DNA of 64,000 nucleotides from a bacterium (lineage in GTDB: Bacteria > Patescibacteriota > Saccharimonadia > CAILAD01 > GCA-016700035): assembly GCA_016700035.1 (NCBI GenBank), contig CP064998.1, positions 398,790 to 462,789 of the forward strand, read 5' to 3'. Positions 28,967-39,088 of this stretch are shown here, piece after piece. Position 1 is the stretch's first letter. Each line of letters begins with the position of its first letter. Position numbers and translations under genes: made by a program. The notes beneath the pieces were generated by a model that was given only the letters and a program-made list of their open reading frames with translations, ran no database searches and was not told the origin of the DNA.

Positions 28967-29223
28967 TGCCGGGATTATTGCGAGGTATGGCCAGAACAGC
29001 AGTTGTTGCCGGAACTGCCACAGCAGTTTCAAACCGAGTGAGCCGAAGACAGGCTAATAAATGGGCAAGTGAAGAGGAACTACAAGCACCTGCCCAAGAG
29101 ACCCCTGTATCCCAGGGTGATGATCCGTATGTTGAGCTTGAAAAACTCGGCCAACTGAAGGCGGATGGGATCATTACTGAAGAAGAATTTGCAGCTAAGA
29201 AAAGGCAACTTCTAGGTTTATAG
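28966..29223 (+). CDS. SHOCT-domain small protein
   Basis: C-terminal 'LEKLGQLKADGIITEEEFAAKKRQLLGL' matches the SHOCT short C-terminal domain pattern. Confidence 0.55.
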   Translation: MPGLLRGMARTAVVAGTATAVSNRVSRRQANKWASEEELQAPAQETPVSQGDDPYVELEKLGQLKADGIITEEEFAAKKRQLLGL

Positions 29224-29231
29224 GTTAAATA

Positions 29232-29272
29232 AAAAATAGGCACTCCATGTAGGGGTGCCTATTTTTTATTAT
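29232..29272. terminator. Bidirectional rho-independent terminator between convergent genes
   Basis: Stem 'ataggcac'/'gtgcctat' flanked by an A-tract on one side and a T-tract on the other. Confidence 0.6.
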
Positions 29273-29576
29273 TTTGGCGAGCCTGATAGCGTTCGATGCG
29301 GTGAGTTGCTGCCCCTTTTACTAAGACATTGAGCGTGGCGGCAATGATACCGACACCAAAAAGTACATAGAAGATTGTGAATAATTTGCCAATTTCAGTC
29401 TTTGGAACAATATCACCATAACCAATCGTAGTAAGGGTGATGGTGGAAAAATATAAGGCATCAAGCCAGGTTAAACTTTCGGTATAGTGATAAAAAACCG
29501 TACCAATACTCAATACAAAGACGGCTATAAAAGCAACCCATCTAAAACGCTTGGCGGTACGCAGTGCTTCATTCAT
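29259..29576 (-). CDS. Minimal two-TM potassium channel pore protein (KcsA-like)
   Basis: Selectivity-filter signature 'TLTTIGYGDIVP' between two hydrophobic helices. 105 aa. Confidence 0.7.
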   Translation of the reverse strand: MNEALRTAKRFRWVAFIAVFVLSIGTVFYHYTESLTWLDALYFSTITLTTIGYGDIVPKTEIGKLFTIFYVLFGVGIIAATLNVLVKGAATHRIERYQARQNNKK

Positions 29577-29828
29577 GATATGTAATATTGTATGCCACTT
29601 ATACTATTGTGTAAAAATTGACAACTATAGCTTCATATTTTATAAATAACGAGCACACCTTGAAGTAAGCGCAAAACACAAAATAGTCACCTTCAGCGCG
29701 CGCATGCGATGCACGCCAGCAATGACTGCGTAGTGGTACAGCCCACCAGAACTACTGAGGCCTTTATTGTAAGTTGACTATATGTGTGGTACGATACTAA
29801 ACCGTTTTGCACCTTACCCAATAGGAGA

Positions 29829-30389
29829 ATGATGTCTGCAGTTCACCGCACACATTTACTACATAAACAGATAGTAAATGGGCTAACCCTACAGAAAGCA
29901 ACTCCAATGTGTCAGATTTGTTGGGGTGTTGCAGATGAGTCTGGGAGAGGGATAGAAGAAACATATCTAGCCATTAGTGACCTGATTGATATTGGAATCT
30001 TGAACTTTCGGGCACGCGCTTTTTTGCCGGAGCAAGCCGAATCAATGGCTGTCATATCGATTAACCATTATGGTAGCTACCTGTTTGATGAGCTATTGGA
30101 TCTGAGTATTTCGACTAAAGCACTATCTCGTAGCGACACCATGCTCACGGTGCTTCAGACCTGTGGATCATCTACGAAAGATGAGCTATTTAAGCAGGTG
30201 GCCTTTGTTAGACGACCATCACGCTATAGTTACGCATCTTTCGTACTTACACTACGATACCTCTCGATGACGGGCAGGGTGGAGATTATTCAGCCCAAGG
30301 TTGATACCCCAGTTTATAGCGTCACACAAGATGGCCAAGCTAGACTTAAGCGTATTCACAAGCAGGTGGCTGGCGATAATCACCTATAA
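29829..30389 (+). CDS. Hypothetical protein
   Basis: AGGAGA RBS before ATGATG at 29829. No recognisable motif. Confidence 0.45.
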   Translation: MMSAVHRTHLLHKQIVNGLTLQKATPMCQICWGVADESGRGIEETYLAISDLIDIGILNFRARAFLPEQAESMAVISINHYGSYLFDELLDLSISTKALSRSDTMLTVLQTCGSSTKDELFKQVAFVRRPSRYSYASFVLTLRYLSMTGRVEIIQPKVDTPVYSVTQDGQARLKRIHKQVAGDNHL

Positions 30390-30404
30390 AGTTCTAGTAT
30401 TACT

Positions 30405-30440
30405 AAAAAAGCAAACCCCATTAAGAGTGGGGTTTTTACT
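30405..30440 (+). terminator. Rho-independent terminator
   Basis: Stem 'aaacccca'/'tggggttt' followed by a T-tract. Confidence 0.6.
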
Positions 30441-30501
30441 ATTGTGTTAATTAAAAAATTATATTAAAATACTTCTCACGTCCAAACCCCATGGAGGAAC
30501 C

Positions 30502-30741
30502 TTGTCATCAGAACGTCAAAAGGCTCAGGTGCGTAGTCGAATCCTGGAGATCCTGGGATCATGCGAAGAGAACGGATGTCATAACGCAACTTTGATTGGT
30601 CGCCTGCAGACCATGCGCTTCCCGCGCCGGGTTTATACTAGTGCCATCCAGTCGCTCCAGGCATCTGGGCAGATCGTGCGCGTAGCGTGTGGTGATAGCT
30701 ATCGTTGGCATCTCACCGATCAACCCGTCACCGCATCCTGA
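30502..30741 (+). CDS. Hypothetical small protein (GC-richer than its surroundings)
   Basis: ORF only. Its composition differs from the neighbouring sequence. Confidence 0.35.
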   Translation: MSSERQKAQVRSRILEILGSCEENGCHNATLIGRLQTMRFPRRVYTSAIQSLQASGQIVRVACGDSYRWHLTDQPVTAS

Positions 30742-30817
30742 CCTTTACCCTAATCTGAGGCCTTTTCACCCAGTCATCTGGGTAATTAAACCATAGCTTT
30801 CACGCAATATGTGAAGG

Positions 30818-31561
30818 CTATTTTTTTACAGTTTTTTTACGTGTGTGCGGTCTCTTAGGTGTAGCCTTACTTAAAGATGGTTTTTTATTGGCCGACTTGG
30901 TAGTTTTCTTGCTTAGGCTGTCATTAGTTGATTTTGGACTATTTTTTTTAGATAGATCTAAGCCCGTTAAGGCTGAACTGGTTGCTGTAATAAGATAATT
31001 ACTCGGTGCTGAAAGTTTTTCCTGAATATCTTCGGCAACTTTTGAATCAACCGCCTCCAATAGTACACCCTGTGCGCCACCAATTAAGTCAAGTTGCACA
31101 TAGCTTGATTTGAGAAAACGATCAAATGGGTTAGAAACAATTGTCATTTTTTGAATATGGCCATAATCTACGATGGTTGTACGACGAGTCGGCCAGCCAG
31201 CCTGGATAACTACACCTTTTGGAGTAAAAGTGTAGTTGGTTGTAAAAGCTGAAATAATTGCGCGCAGTAGAGAATATAGACTTATCGCTACTAAAAATAC
31301 AGCCATAACGCGTGGCAGGGGCGATAAAAATGCTCGCCCAATATCTTGGTCGGCCATCCCAAAAATTTTGGCTGAGCGAATTAGACCAATGGCTGTAGCT
31401 CCCACCATAATAATTAGAACCCATAATATAAACTTTTTAAAAGTCGACCACCAGTGATAACCAAAGAAGTATAAAAAGGCCCAGCGTGAGAGCTTGATAG
31501 TGGTTTCTTTACTGGTTGAAGAATTTTTACGCTTTTTTGCCATATTCTTATTACAGTACAA
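30818..31561 (-). CDS. Hypothetical membrane protein with a Lys-rich C-terminal tail
   Basis: Two TM segments after a basic N-terminus. C-terminal 'KKTTKSANKKPSLSKATPKRPHTRKKTVKK'. Confidence 0.5.
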   Translation of the reverse strand: MYCNKNMAKKRKNSSTSKETTIKLSRWAFLYFFGYHWWSTFKKFILWVLIIMVGATAIGLIRSAKIFGMADQDIGRAFLSPLPRVMAVFLVAISLYSLLRAIISAFTTNYTFTPKGVVIQAGWPTRRTTIVDYGHIQKMTIVSNPFDRFLKSSYVQLDLIGGAQGVLLEAVDSKVAEDIQEKLSAPSNYLITATSSALTGLDLSKKNSPKSTNDSLSKKTTKSANKKPSLSKATPKRPHTRKKTVKK

Positions 31562-31641
31562 CTTTTAGCTTTAGTCACCAAGCATAAGTGGGGTGAGGGG
31601 TGGACTAGAAAATAGCTTGAGATAGGTATTACAATGTAGGT

Positions 31642-32376
31642 ATGTCCAAGGAAAATTTTTCTTACTACCGAGGTGAACAATTTGTGGTCTGGCAACAAAA
31701 ATTCAGCGTAGAAGAGTTTGCTCAAGAGTTTAATATCTCACCATACTCAGCTATGAAAATTCTACTAAACATGGAGTCTGCCGGCCTAATTAATGAAACA
31801 AATACACCCGGGACATTTAAATCCTGCATTTCAAAAGCCAGCAATGCCAATGAAGCTAATGCTGAAATACATCAGCTCTTAGGGGCGGCAACTCGCTACG
31901 TACGTGATTTTGGCAGTACGGATGCAACATTAATGGCAAAAGCTCTTTTTATTACCAAAAAACAGGCTGGCCAGCTACTTAAAACCATGGCTGCAGTAGG
32001 GATTGTTGAACAAAAACCTATGTACCAAGCGCTGACCGAAGAAGACGTTCGTGCTCGGGGTAAGAATTGGTATCATCCGTTTACTTCATCGGTACAGTTA
32101 TTGGATAGTGAAGGCTTGAACCAGATGGTCTTTCATGCCGACAGTGATGCAATATATCCTGAAGTTGAAAAATATGTTATCCAAACTGGCTCCGCGAGTG
32201 CAGCGCAACTTCAACGTCAATTTCATATTGGCTATGCGCGTGCCGCACGCTTACTAGACAACTTAGAGGAAGCAGGTGTAATAGGGCCAGCAAATGGGCC
32301 TTTACCGCGCCAGGTTTTCCGTAAGCCACCAATTGATTTTGACATGGGCGGAAACGAAGCTGATGATAAGCCGTGA
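31642..32376 (+). CDS. Protein with FtsK-gamma-like winged-helix domain(s)
   Basis: C-terminal 'SAAQLQRQFHIGYARAARLLDNLEEAGVIGPANG' fits the FtsK gamma domain pattern. An N-terminal segment 'FAQEFNISPYSAMKILLNMESAGLI' looks similar. Confidence 0.5.
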   Translation: MSKENFSYYRGEQFVVWQQKFSVEEFAQEFNISPYSAMKILLNMESAGLINETNTPGTFKSCISKASNANEANAEIHQLLGAATRYVRDFGSTDATLMAKALFITKKQAGQLLKTMAAVGIVEQKPMYQALTEEDVRARGKNWYHPFTSSVQLLDSEGLNQMVFHADSDAIYPEVEKYVIQTGSASAAQLQRQFHIGYARAARLLDNLEEAGVIGPANGPLPRQVFRKPPIDFDMGGNEADDKP

Positions 32377-32546
32377 CCTACAAGAATAATTTATAGGTTA
32401 AGGCACCATAGAAGTACTACTCTATAAAAAGATTTTTAAGATATTACAATAGCTAATTAAAAGTCTATATTTTGATGCCTACTTGAGAGTAGCGCTAATT
32501 GTGGGTATGCTGTAAAGCATAAGTATTTAAGCGAGATTTTTTTGCA

Positions 32547-33389
32547 ATGAAGCTTCTGCGTAGTAGGCGAAATGGAATGGGGGTAATAGAGATTATTATT
32601 GGAGCAGCAGTAATAATTTTGATAGGTGGAGGCATTTGGTATGCCTTAAATGGGAATAAAAAAAATGAACTAACACCAGCGCCAACTGCAGTTGCAGTAA
32701 AAAAAGAAGCTAAGCTAATCTGGCAACAAACCTCAGATGGTTGGCAAGCTTCCGAGGCTCCACCAGATTGCCCGACCCAACCCATGTTGAAGACTCCGAC
32801 TAATCTTAGTAAAGTCACTAGCATCTTATATCCAGGCCAAAAGCGAGGGGGTAATTATAAGTCGCATGGTGGATTTCGCTTGGATGGTACATCAAATTCA
32901 TTGGTTGTCGTAACAGCTCCGATCGATGGCTACGTGGTGCGTGGTGCGCAATACATCGAGCAAGGTGAAGTTCAGTATATGTTCGACATTATGAATAATT
33001 GCGGAGTAATGTATCGACTGGACCACCTAGGTACTCTATCAACAAAACTAAAAGATGCTACGAAAACTTGGCCGCCAGCTCAAGTAGATAGCTCGCAAAC
33101 TCAGCCAGTCACAGCTACGGTTCATATTGAAGCTGGTGAGACCCTAGCGACATCGGTCGGTTTTGTTAAGTCAAAGAATACATTCTTCGATTTTGGCGTG
33201 TATGATTTTCGTAGTCAAAATGCAATAAGTAAATCTGCTACCTATCAAGCTGCGCATAGCCAATTCAAGGAGACTGATTGGCATGCAGTCTGTTGGTTTA
33301 ACTGGATGCCAGAGGCTGACGAGAAGATTATCCGTGCACTTCCTTCTGGTGACCCAGCCAGCGGTAAAACCAGTGACTACTGTCGATAA
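32547..33389 (+). CDS. Hypothetical secreted/membrane-anchored protein
   Basis: N-terminal hydrophobic anchor 'GVIEIIIGAAVIILIGGGIWYAL'. Confidence 0.5.
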   Translation: MKLLRSRRNGMGVIEIIIGAAVIILIGGGIWYALNGNKKNELTPAPTAVAVKKEAKLIWQQTSDGWQASEAPPDCPTQPMLKTPTNLSKVTSILYPGQKRGGNYKSHGGFRLDGTSNSLVVVTAPIDGYVVRGAQYIEQGEVQYMFDIMNNCGVMYRLDHLGTLSTKLKDATKTWPPAQVDSSQTQPVTATVHIEAGETLATSVGFVKSKNTFFDFGVYDFRSQNAISKSATYQAAHSQFKETDWHAVCWFNWMPEADEKIIRALPSGDPASGKTSDYCR

Positions 33390-33648
33390 ACCATATTTTG
33401 TCTATATTGTTCGCTGTAACGACGGGTCATTGTATACTGGTGTTAGCCACGATGTAGAGAGGCGAGTTGCTGACCATAATTCCGGCAAGCAGGGGGCAAA
33501 ATATACTCGCTCACGCCGACCGGTCCAGTTAGTGTTCAGAAAAAAAGTAAAAAACCGCTCAAGTGCCCAGCAAGAAGAGTGGCGGATTAAGCAATTAAGT
33601 CGTCGAGATAAACAAAAACTAATAACTGCTGGTATGATGAGGGAATAA
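33373..33648 (+). CDS. GIY-YIG nuclease family protein (YhbQ-like); start uncertain (GTG at 33373 proposed, ORF open from 33283)
   Basis: 'KPYFVYIVRCNDGSLYTGVSHDVERRVADHN' matches the GIY-YIG core. Confidence 0.55.
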   Translation: MTTVDKPYFVYIVRCNDGSLYTGVSHDVERRVADHNSGKQGAKYTRSRRPVQLVFRKKVKNRSSAQQEEWRIKQLSRRDKQKLITAGMMRE

Positions 33649-33911
33649 TGAAGTTAAAGCGTATTATTGTAGATGTTCGAGAGCCTCGAGAATTTAGTCA
33701 GAGCCATGTAGTGGGAGCTGTTAACATACCGCTAAGTAATATTAATAATTTAAGCCAATACTTGCCAAATGCTAATTTTGATGACGAATTGATATTATAT
33801 TGTCGGTCGGGTGGTCGAGCCGAAATGGCTTGTCATTCTATATCAATGCTTGGTTTTAGCAGTGTAGTTAATGGCGTGAACCAAGAGACGGTTGAAGAAA
33901 ATTACTGTTAG
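33648..33911 (+). CDS. Rhodanese-like single-domain sulfurtransferase
   Basis: Active-site loop 'CRSGGRA'. Confidence 0.7.
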   Translation: MKLKRIIVDVREPREFSQSHVVGAVNIPLSNINNLSQYLPNANFDDELILYCRSGGRAEMACHSISMLGFSSVVNGVNQETVEENYC

Positions 33912-33935
33912 TTCTAAATCCAGTATAATAGTAGT

Positions 33936-34364
33936 ATGAAAAAGGGTAGCTTGTATGTTATTTTGCAATTCATACTTTTGGCAATACTGGCACTTAGTAG
34001 CAATCAGACACCGCGCATATTGAGCTTTATACTGGCCGGTGGCGCAATTTTACTTGGTCTTACAGCAATGCTTGCCATGACTAAGCCAACCCTAACCGTT
34101 ATGCCAGAAATTGCTCGCGGAGCAGAACTCAGCACCACTGGACCATACAAATACATCCGGCACCCAATATATACCGCACTAATGATTCTGGGGTTAGCAA
34201 TGTTATTACAAAATGCTACTACTATACGCATATTGGTATATATATCATTAGTGATAATTCTTATACTAAAGGCCAATTATGAGGAGCGCCTCCTAGCCAA
34301 ACACTACCGTCAATACACACCATATAAGAAAACCACCAAGCGGTTTATACCCGGCATATACTAA
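33936..34364 (+). CDS. Isoprenylcysteine carboxyl methyltransferase (ICMT/PEMT) family membrane methyltransferase
   Basis: 'TTGPYKYIRHPIYTALMI' motif. Multiple TM segments. Confidence 0.7.
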   Translation: MKKGSLYVILQFILLAILALSSNQTPRILSFILAGGAILLGLTAMLAMTKPTLTVMPEIARGAELSTTGPYKYIRHPIYTALMILGLAMLLQNATTIRILVYISLVIILILKANYEERLLAKHYRQYTPYKKTTKRFIPGIY

Positions 34365-34435
34365 CTATTCATAGGTTGTGGTTATCTTAAAAATTCAGAT
34401 ATTTTTCAGTTAAGCGGTTTAATATTTGTAAGTAT

Positions 34436-35263
34436 ATGCAAAAACTAGACTCACGAGTACCTCACTATCAGCTCGAACTTAAAGCCTATGGTGAGTCACA
34501 CAAGCCACGAGTTATCCTGCTACACGGTATTGCTACTAGCTCAATTATTTGGCAGAAACTAGTTGGCGAGCTTAGCTCCAACCATCATGTTGTAGTGCTC
34601 GACTTATTAGGACATGGTAAAAGCCCAAAACCCACCAACATTTCATACACAGCGCAAATTCAAGCTCAGTCAATCCATTACACCCTTGCCATAAATGGGT
34701 TATTACACCCCAGCATTATAGTTGGTTTTTCAATTGGTGCCTTAATTGCAACACGTTTTTCGGTGATGTATCCAGATTTAGTAGAGTCATTGGTGGTTGC
34801 AGCCCCACCAATATATCAACAAAAAACGATTGATCATCGTAGGCTACTAGACCGATCTTACCAAGTGCTGTATTCTGCCCTGGCAAAATTACCCAAAAAA
34901 GCCACACTTAAGACTACAGCTAGTTTGCAGCGTCGAACACCCCAGCTAATGGGTAAAAATCGACTCTGTGAAGAAACCTGGCATCCAATTTTCAGTAGCT
35001 TAGCGCATACCGTACAGGAGCAAAGCTTTAGTCAAGATATTCAATATCTCAACCAGCGAACCAAAGTGCATCTCCTGTACGGTGCATTCGATCACTTGGT
35101 TATTGCCAAGCATATCCATGCGGTGGCAGACTCTCGATCACAGACTCATATCAAAAGAATCTTAGCTCCGCATGCTATTACCTCACGCTACGTCAAAGCG
35201 ATTAATCAGACGGTACACGAAATCTCAAGTCAAACATTAACAGCGTCAGGCTCGGCGTATTAA
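34436..35263 (+). CDS. Alpha/beta hydrolase fold protein
   Basis: 'VILLHGIATSS' oxyanion region and 'GFSIGA' GxSxG nucleophile elbow. Confidence 0.7.
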   Translation: MQKLDSRVPHYQLELKAYGESHKPRVILLHGIATSSIIWQKLVGELSSNHHVVVLDLLGHGKSPKPTNISYTAQIQAQSIHYTLAINGLLHPSIIVGFSIGALIATRFSVMYPDLVESLVVAAPPIYQQKTIDHRRLLDRSYQVLYSALAKLPKKATLKTTASLQRRTPQLMGKNRLCEETWHPIFSSLAHTVQEQSFSQDIQYLNQRTKVHLLYGAFDHLVIAKHIHAVADSRSQTHIKRILAPHAITSRYVKAINQTVHEISSQTLTASGSAY

Positions 35264-35291
35264 TTAAGAGTATTTGCTATACTTAAAATAT

Positions 35292-36005
35292 ATGATTGAA
35301 GTGCGCGATGTAAGTAAGACTTACGGCAAGGGTGATAATCTCTTTACCGCCCTACATAAAGTTAGTCTACAAATTCCTGCCGGTACTACGGTGGCTATTG
35401 TTGGCAAGTCTGGTTCTGGCAAATCGACTCTGATGCACATTATGAGTGGTCTTGATCGGGCTAGTAGTGGGGAAGTAGTGGTCAATAGAAAAAATCTCCA
35501 CGATATGAAGCCACGTTATATTGATAAGTTTCGTGCCTCGGAGATGAGTTTTATATTTCAGGCCTTCTTTGTGGAGGCCAATCAAACTTGCTACCAAAAT
35601 GTAATGCTACCGCTAGAAATCGCTCGAGTTGCCCGACGCAAGCGTCAGGGCTTAGTGATGAATGCTCTAAGGGCGGTTGAACTTGAAGGTAAGGTCGATA
35701 GCTTAGCCAGCAGTTTGTCGGGTGGACAAAAACAGCGCCTAGCGATTGCTCGAGCCATCGTCAATAAGCCAAAATTAATTTTTGCCGATGAGCCAACTGG
35801 CAATCTTGACAGTAATACTGGCGAGTTAATTATTAAATTACTTTTCGACCTCAATAAAAAACTAGGGTGTACATTAATAATCGTGACGCATGACTTGGAG
35901 TTAGCACAAAGATGTCGTATGCAAATCCATATGAAAGATGGCGAAATTCAAGATGATATAAAAAAAATAAAGTCAGCTAGCGTAGATCGGGTGGTTAAAA
36001 AATGA
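35292..36005 (+). CDS. ABC transporter ATP-binding protein (MacB/LolD-like)
   Basis: Walker A 'GKSGSGKST'. Signature 'LSGGQKQR'. Walker B 'IFADEPTGNLD'. Confidence 0.85.
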   Translation: MIEVRDVSKTYGKGDNLFTALHKVSLQIPAGTTVAIVGKSGSGKSTLMHIMSGLDRASSGEVVVNRKNLHDMKPRYIDKFRASEMSFIFQAFFVEANQTCYQNVMLPLEIARVARRKRQGLVMNALRAVELEGKVDSLASSLSGGQKQRLAIARAIVNKPKLIFADEPTGNLDSNTGELIIKLLFDLNKKLGCTLIIVTHDLELAQRCRMQIHMKDGEIQDDIKKIKSASVDRVVKK

Positions 36006-37369
36006 TCCTACGTGACCTAATTAATCGAGCTAGTCGCAGCTTACGTAGTGCAAAAGGGCGCACTATTTTAACGGCCTTAGCGATTGCGGTTGGAACCTTT
36101 GCCCTTACTTTAACAATGGCTGCCAGTAATGGTGCTACGGCTTTTGTAAACAAAATCATTGCTGAGAACTTTGATCCATCTGAACTTATTGTGACGGCCG
36201 ATGAATCGATATTTGGGCGAGGAGATACCACAAAACCACGAGAGTATGATCCAAGTTTTGGTATGGGGGTAGCCAACAGTGGTGCAACCACCCAGGTAAA
36301 GCGCCTCACCGAGGAAGACATCACTAAGCTTAAAGCGATTGACGGGGTTGAATCGGTTCGAGAAGATTTGCAAATAAATTTACACTATATTACACGTGAA
36401 GGTCAGAAGAAGTATGTAGCTACAGCGGCCACATTTAACCCTGCTCAAAAACCAGAGCTAGTAGCTGGCTCAATACCTCAACCACTTGATGGGGAGCGAG
36501 TTTTGCTACCTGAAGGATATATTTCTGCACTGGGTTTTTCAAGCGCCGAAGAAGCAATTGGCAAGACAGTGATTTTTTCAGTTCAAAAACCGTTGTCTCC
36601 GGCTGAGATGATGGCTTTAACCACTTCCGGTGCCACCCCAGAAGAAATCGCCAACCAGGCTCAAACTAATTCACAACAATTCGAATATAAAATTGCAGCC
36701 GTTATGCGCAAGCCCGTCACTGCCCAGCCTGGTACAGATCTCTACCTCTACATTGGTGCTGATGATGCTCGCAAACTCAATGACATTACAACTGCCGGCA
36801 CGACAAATTACCGAAAATTTAACTATGTTTTTGTGAAAGTCAAAGACGGCACAAATGAAAAAAGTATGGCTGAGGTGCAGAATAAAATCAAGAATTTGGG
36901 CTTTATTTCACAAAGCGTAAAAGAAACTCAGGAGTTTCTTACGAATATCATCGGAGTATTGCAGGGGATTGTAGCTGCCTTTGGGGCAATTGCGATCATT
37001 GCATCGGTCTTTGGTATTGTAAATACTATGTATATTTCGGTTTTACAGCGTACGCGTGAGATCGGCCTGATGAAAGCCCTGGGGATGCGCAAGCAAGATA
37101 TTGGCCATCTTTTCCGGTTTGAAGCAGCTTGGATTGGGTTAATTGGCGGTGTTATTGGCTCATTAACTGCAGTTGTACTGGGCGTAGCTTTAAACCCTTG
37201 GATTACGCAAAAAATTAATTTGGGTGAAGGGAATAGTCTACTGATATTTCGTCCCATTGAAATAATTATACTAATTTTGATACTAATGCTAGTTTCCATA
37301 TTGGCCGGCTGGCTACCATCCAGAAAAGCGGCCAAACTCGACCCAATTGAGGCACTTCGCACTGAGTAG
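36002..37369 (+). CDS. ABC transporter permease, FtsX/MacB-like
   Basis: N-terminal TM, large periplasmic domain, C-terminal 3-TM FtsX region. ATGA overlap with the upstream ATPase gene. Confidence 0.8.
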   Translation: MILRDLINRASRSLRSAKGRTILTALAIAVGTFALTLTMAASNGATAFVNKIIAENFDPSELIVTADESIFGRGDTTKPREYDPSFGMGVANSGATTQVKRLTEEDITKLKAIDGVESVREDLQINLHYITREGQKKYVATAATFNPAQKPELVAGSIPQPLDGERVLLPEGYISALGFSSAEEAIGKTVIFSVQKPLSPAEMMALTTSGATPEEIANQAQTNSQQFEYKIAAVMRKPVTAQPGTDLYLYIGADDARKLNDITTAGTTNYRKFNYVFVKVKDGTNEKSMAEVQNKIKNLGFISQSVKETQEFLTNIIGVLQGIVAAFGAIAIIASVFGIVNTMYISVLQRTREIGLMKALGMRKQDIGHLFRFEAAWIGLIGGVIGSLTAVVLGVALNPWITQKINLGEGNSLLIFRPIEIIILILILMLVSILAGWLPSRKAAKLDPIEALRTE

Positions 37370-37534
37370 CATATAATATTGCGTAGAAAGTTAATATGTG
37401 TTAGAATATAAGCACATATTAATCAGCTCTCTTTTATAAATATCGAGTCTTAGGAGAAATCAACGCAAGCGCACGGCGCTTTGGCCTCGCTGTTTTAAAG
37501 CGAGATAATTTTTCCATAGAAAGGCTCTTTTCTT

Positions 37535-38770
37535 TTGCACAATTCATCAACTAGACGTCCCGGCGGTCCTCGCCGTAGTTATTCTTCCCGACCAGGTCGA
37601 CCGCATAATCCACACAAACCTCGCTACGGTAGCGGTAAGCGTAAGCCAACCAAATTTGGTAAGCAGTTTATTGATCCTACCAAATTCATTAACGCTGCGA
37701 CCAAGCCGGCCGACCAAACACCGTATCAAGCCAAGCACGTCTTTGCCGATTTTGGATTTATTAAAGACCTGCAACGCAACCTAGATCAAAAAGGTTACAC
37801 CGTTCCAACTGCCATCCAGGATCAGTCTATCCACTCGGCAATTGAAGGTCGTGACATTATTGGCCTAGCTAATACTGGCACCGGTAAAACTGCTGCTTTC
37901 TTACTACCAATTATTCAGCGTCTTAAAACTGATAATCAAAAACAGTCGGCTCTAATTATTGCCCCTACTCGAGAATTGGCTACCCAAATTGACGATGAAT
38001 TTAGGGCTTTTGCACATGGCTTAAAGCTATATTCTGCCGTCTGTGTGGGCGGAATGAATATTCGACCACAAATCCAACAGTTATCTCGACATCCACATCT
38101 TATTATCGGGACACCTGGTCGGCTGAAAGATTTATTGGATCAAAAAGTCCTGCGCTTGTCGCAAGTTAGTTTTTTTGTTCTAGATGAAGCTGATCGTATG
38201 CTTGACATGGGCTTCATGCCGGATCTTAAGGCTATCATGGCTTATTTGCCAGAAAAGCGACAATCCCTGTGTTTTTCCGCCACAATTACACCAGATATTT
38301 CTCAGCTCCTCGATACCCTACTCAACGATCCCATAACCGTATCGGTCCGCACTCAAGAGACTAGTGAGCATGTTGAACAAAATATTGTCCGCTATGACGG
38401 CCGAGAAGATAAGCTTGAAAAACTTACGGAGATCCTAAATCAACCGGACTTTGAGCGGGTTCTGATATTTGGTGAAACGAAATTTGGCGTGCAACGCTTA
38501 GCTGAAACGCTCTCTCGTTCTGGCAAGCGAGCCGAAGCGATTCATGGTAATAAATCTCAACCCCAGCGCCAGCGTAGTCTTAAGGCCTTTAAGGATGGGC
38601 GAGTGCACATCTTAGTGGCAACCGATGTGGCAGCGCGAGGCTTAGATATTCCAAATGTAAATTTGGTGATTAACTATGATACACCACAGACCTATGCTGA
38701 TTATATCCATCGCATTGGTCGGACTGGCCGAGCTGGCCAAGCTGGACACGCTCTCACTTTCGTCGATTAG
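37535..38770 (+). CDS. DEAD-box ATP-dependent RNA helicase with an Arg-rich N-terminal extension
   Basis: Motifs 'ANTGTGKT' (I), 'PTRELA' (Ia), 'VLDEADRML' (DEAD box), 'SAT' (III), 'HRIGRTGRAG' (VI). The true start may be downstream of 37535. Confidence 0.85.
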   Translation: MHNSSTRRPGGPRRSYSSRPGRPHNPHKPRYGSGKRKPTKFGKQFIDPTKFINAATKPADQTPYQAKHVFADFGFIKDLQRNLDQKGYTVPTAIQDQSIHSAIEGRDIIGLANTGTGKTAAFLLPIIQRLKTDNQKQSALIIAPTRELATQIDDEFRAFAHGLKLYSAVCVGGMNIRPQIQQLSRHPHLIIGTPGRLKDLLDQKVLRLSQVSFFVLDEADRMLDMGFMPDLKAIMAYLPEKRQSLCFSATITPDISQLLDTLLNDPITVSVRTQETSEHVEQNIVRYDGREDKLEKLTEILNQPDFERVLIFGETKFGVQRLAETLSRSGKRAEAIHGNKSQPQRQRSLKAFKDGRVHILVATDVAARGLDIPNVNLVINYDTPQTYADYIHRIGRTGRAGQAGHALTFVD

Positions 38771-38846
38771 TGCGTTTTTTGTGAAATAATTCACTGTTAT
38801 TTTTTAGATTTTTGCGCTAGGCTAGAGTGTAGTATAAGGAGGGTAT

Positions 38847-39086
38847 TTGAGGGTTGTACTACGCCACGCCTGGCGCTCTATCATTACTGTCGTTGGTCTA
38901 ACTCTCATCTTGATTGGCTTGGCTTTTTTGGTGCTTCCAGGACCGGGGCTGTTAATAATAATAGCTGGACTCGCTATCTTAGCTCGAGAGTTTATTTGGG
39001 CACAAGGACTACTAGACAAGGCGCAAACTTCGGCGAGGCGTCAGTATGACCGCGTAGCCAGCCGTAAAGCAGATCGAAAAAACTAG
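38847..39086 (+). CDS. PGPGW-motif small membrane protein
   Basis: 'LVLPGPGLLIIIAGLAILAREF'. Confidence 0.5.
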   Translation: MRVVLRHAWRSIITVVGLTLILIGLAFLVLPGPGLLIIIAGLAILAREFIWAQGLLDKAQTSARRQYDRVASRKADRKN

Positions 39087-39088
39087 TA

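Noticed and set aside
37547-37774. 75-aa minus-strand ORF opposite the DEAD-box helicase N-terminus.
   Set aside because: It is antisense to a well-supported gene and shows GC-rich frame bias only. Spurious.
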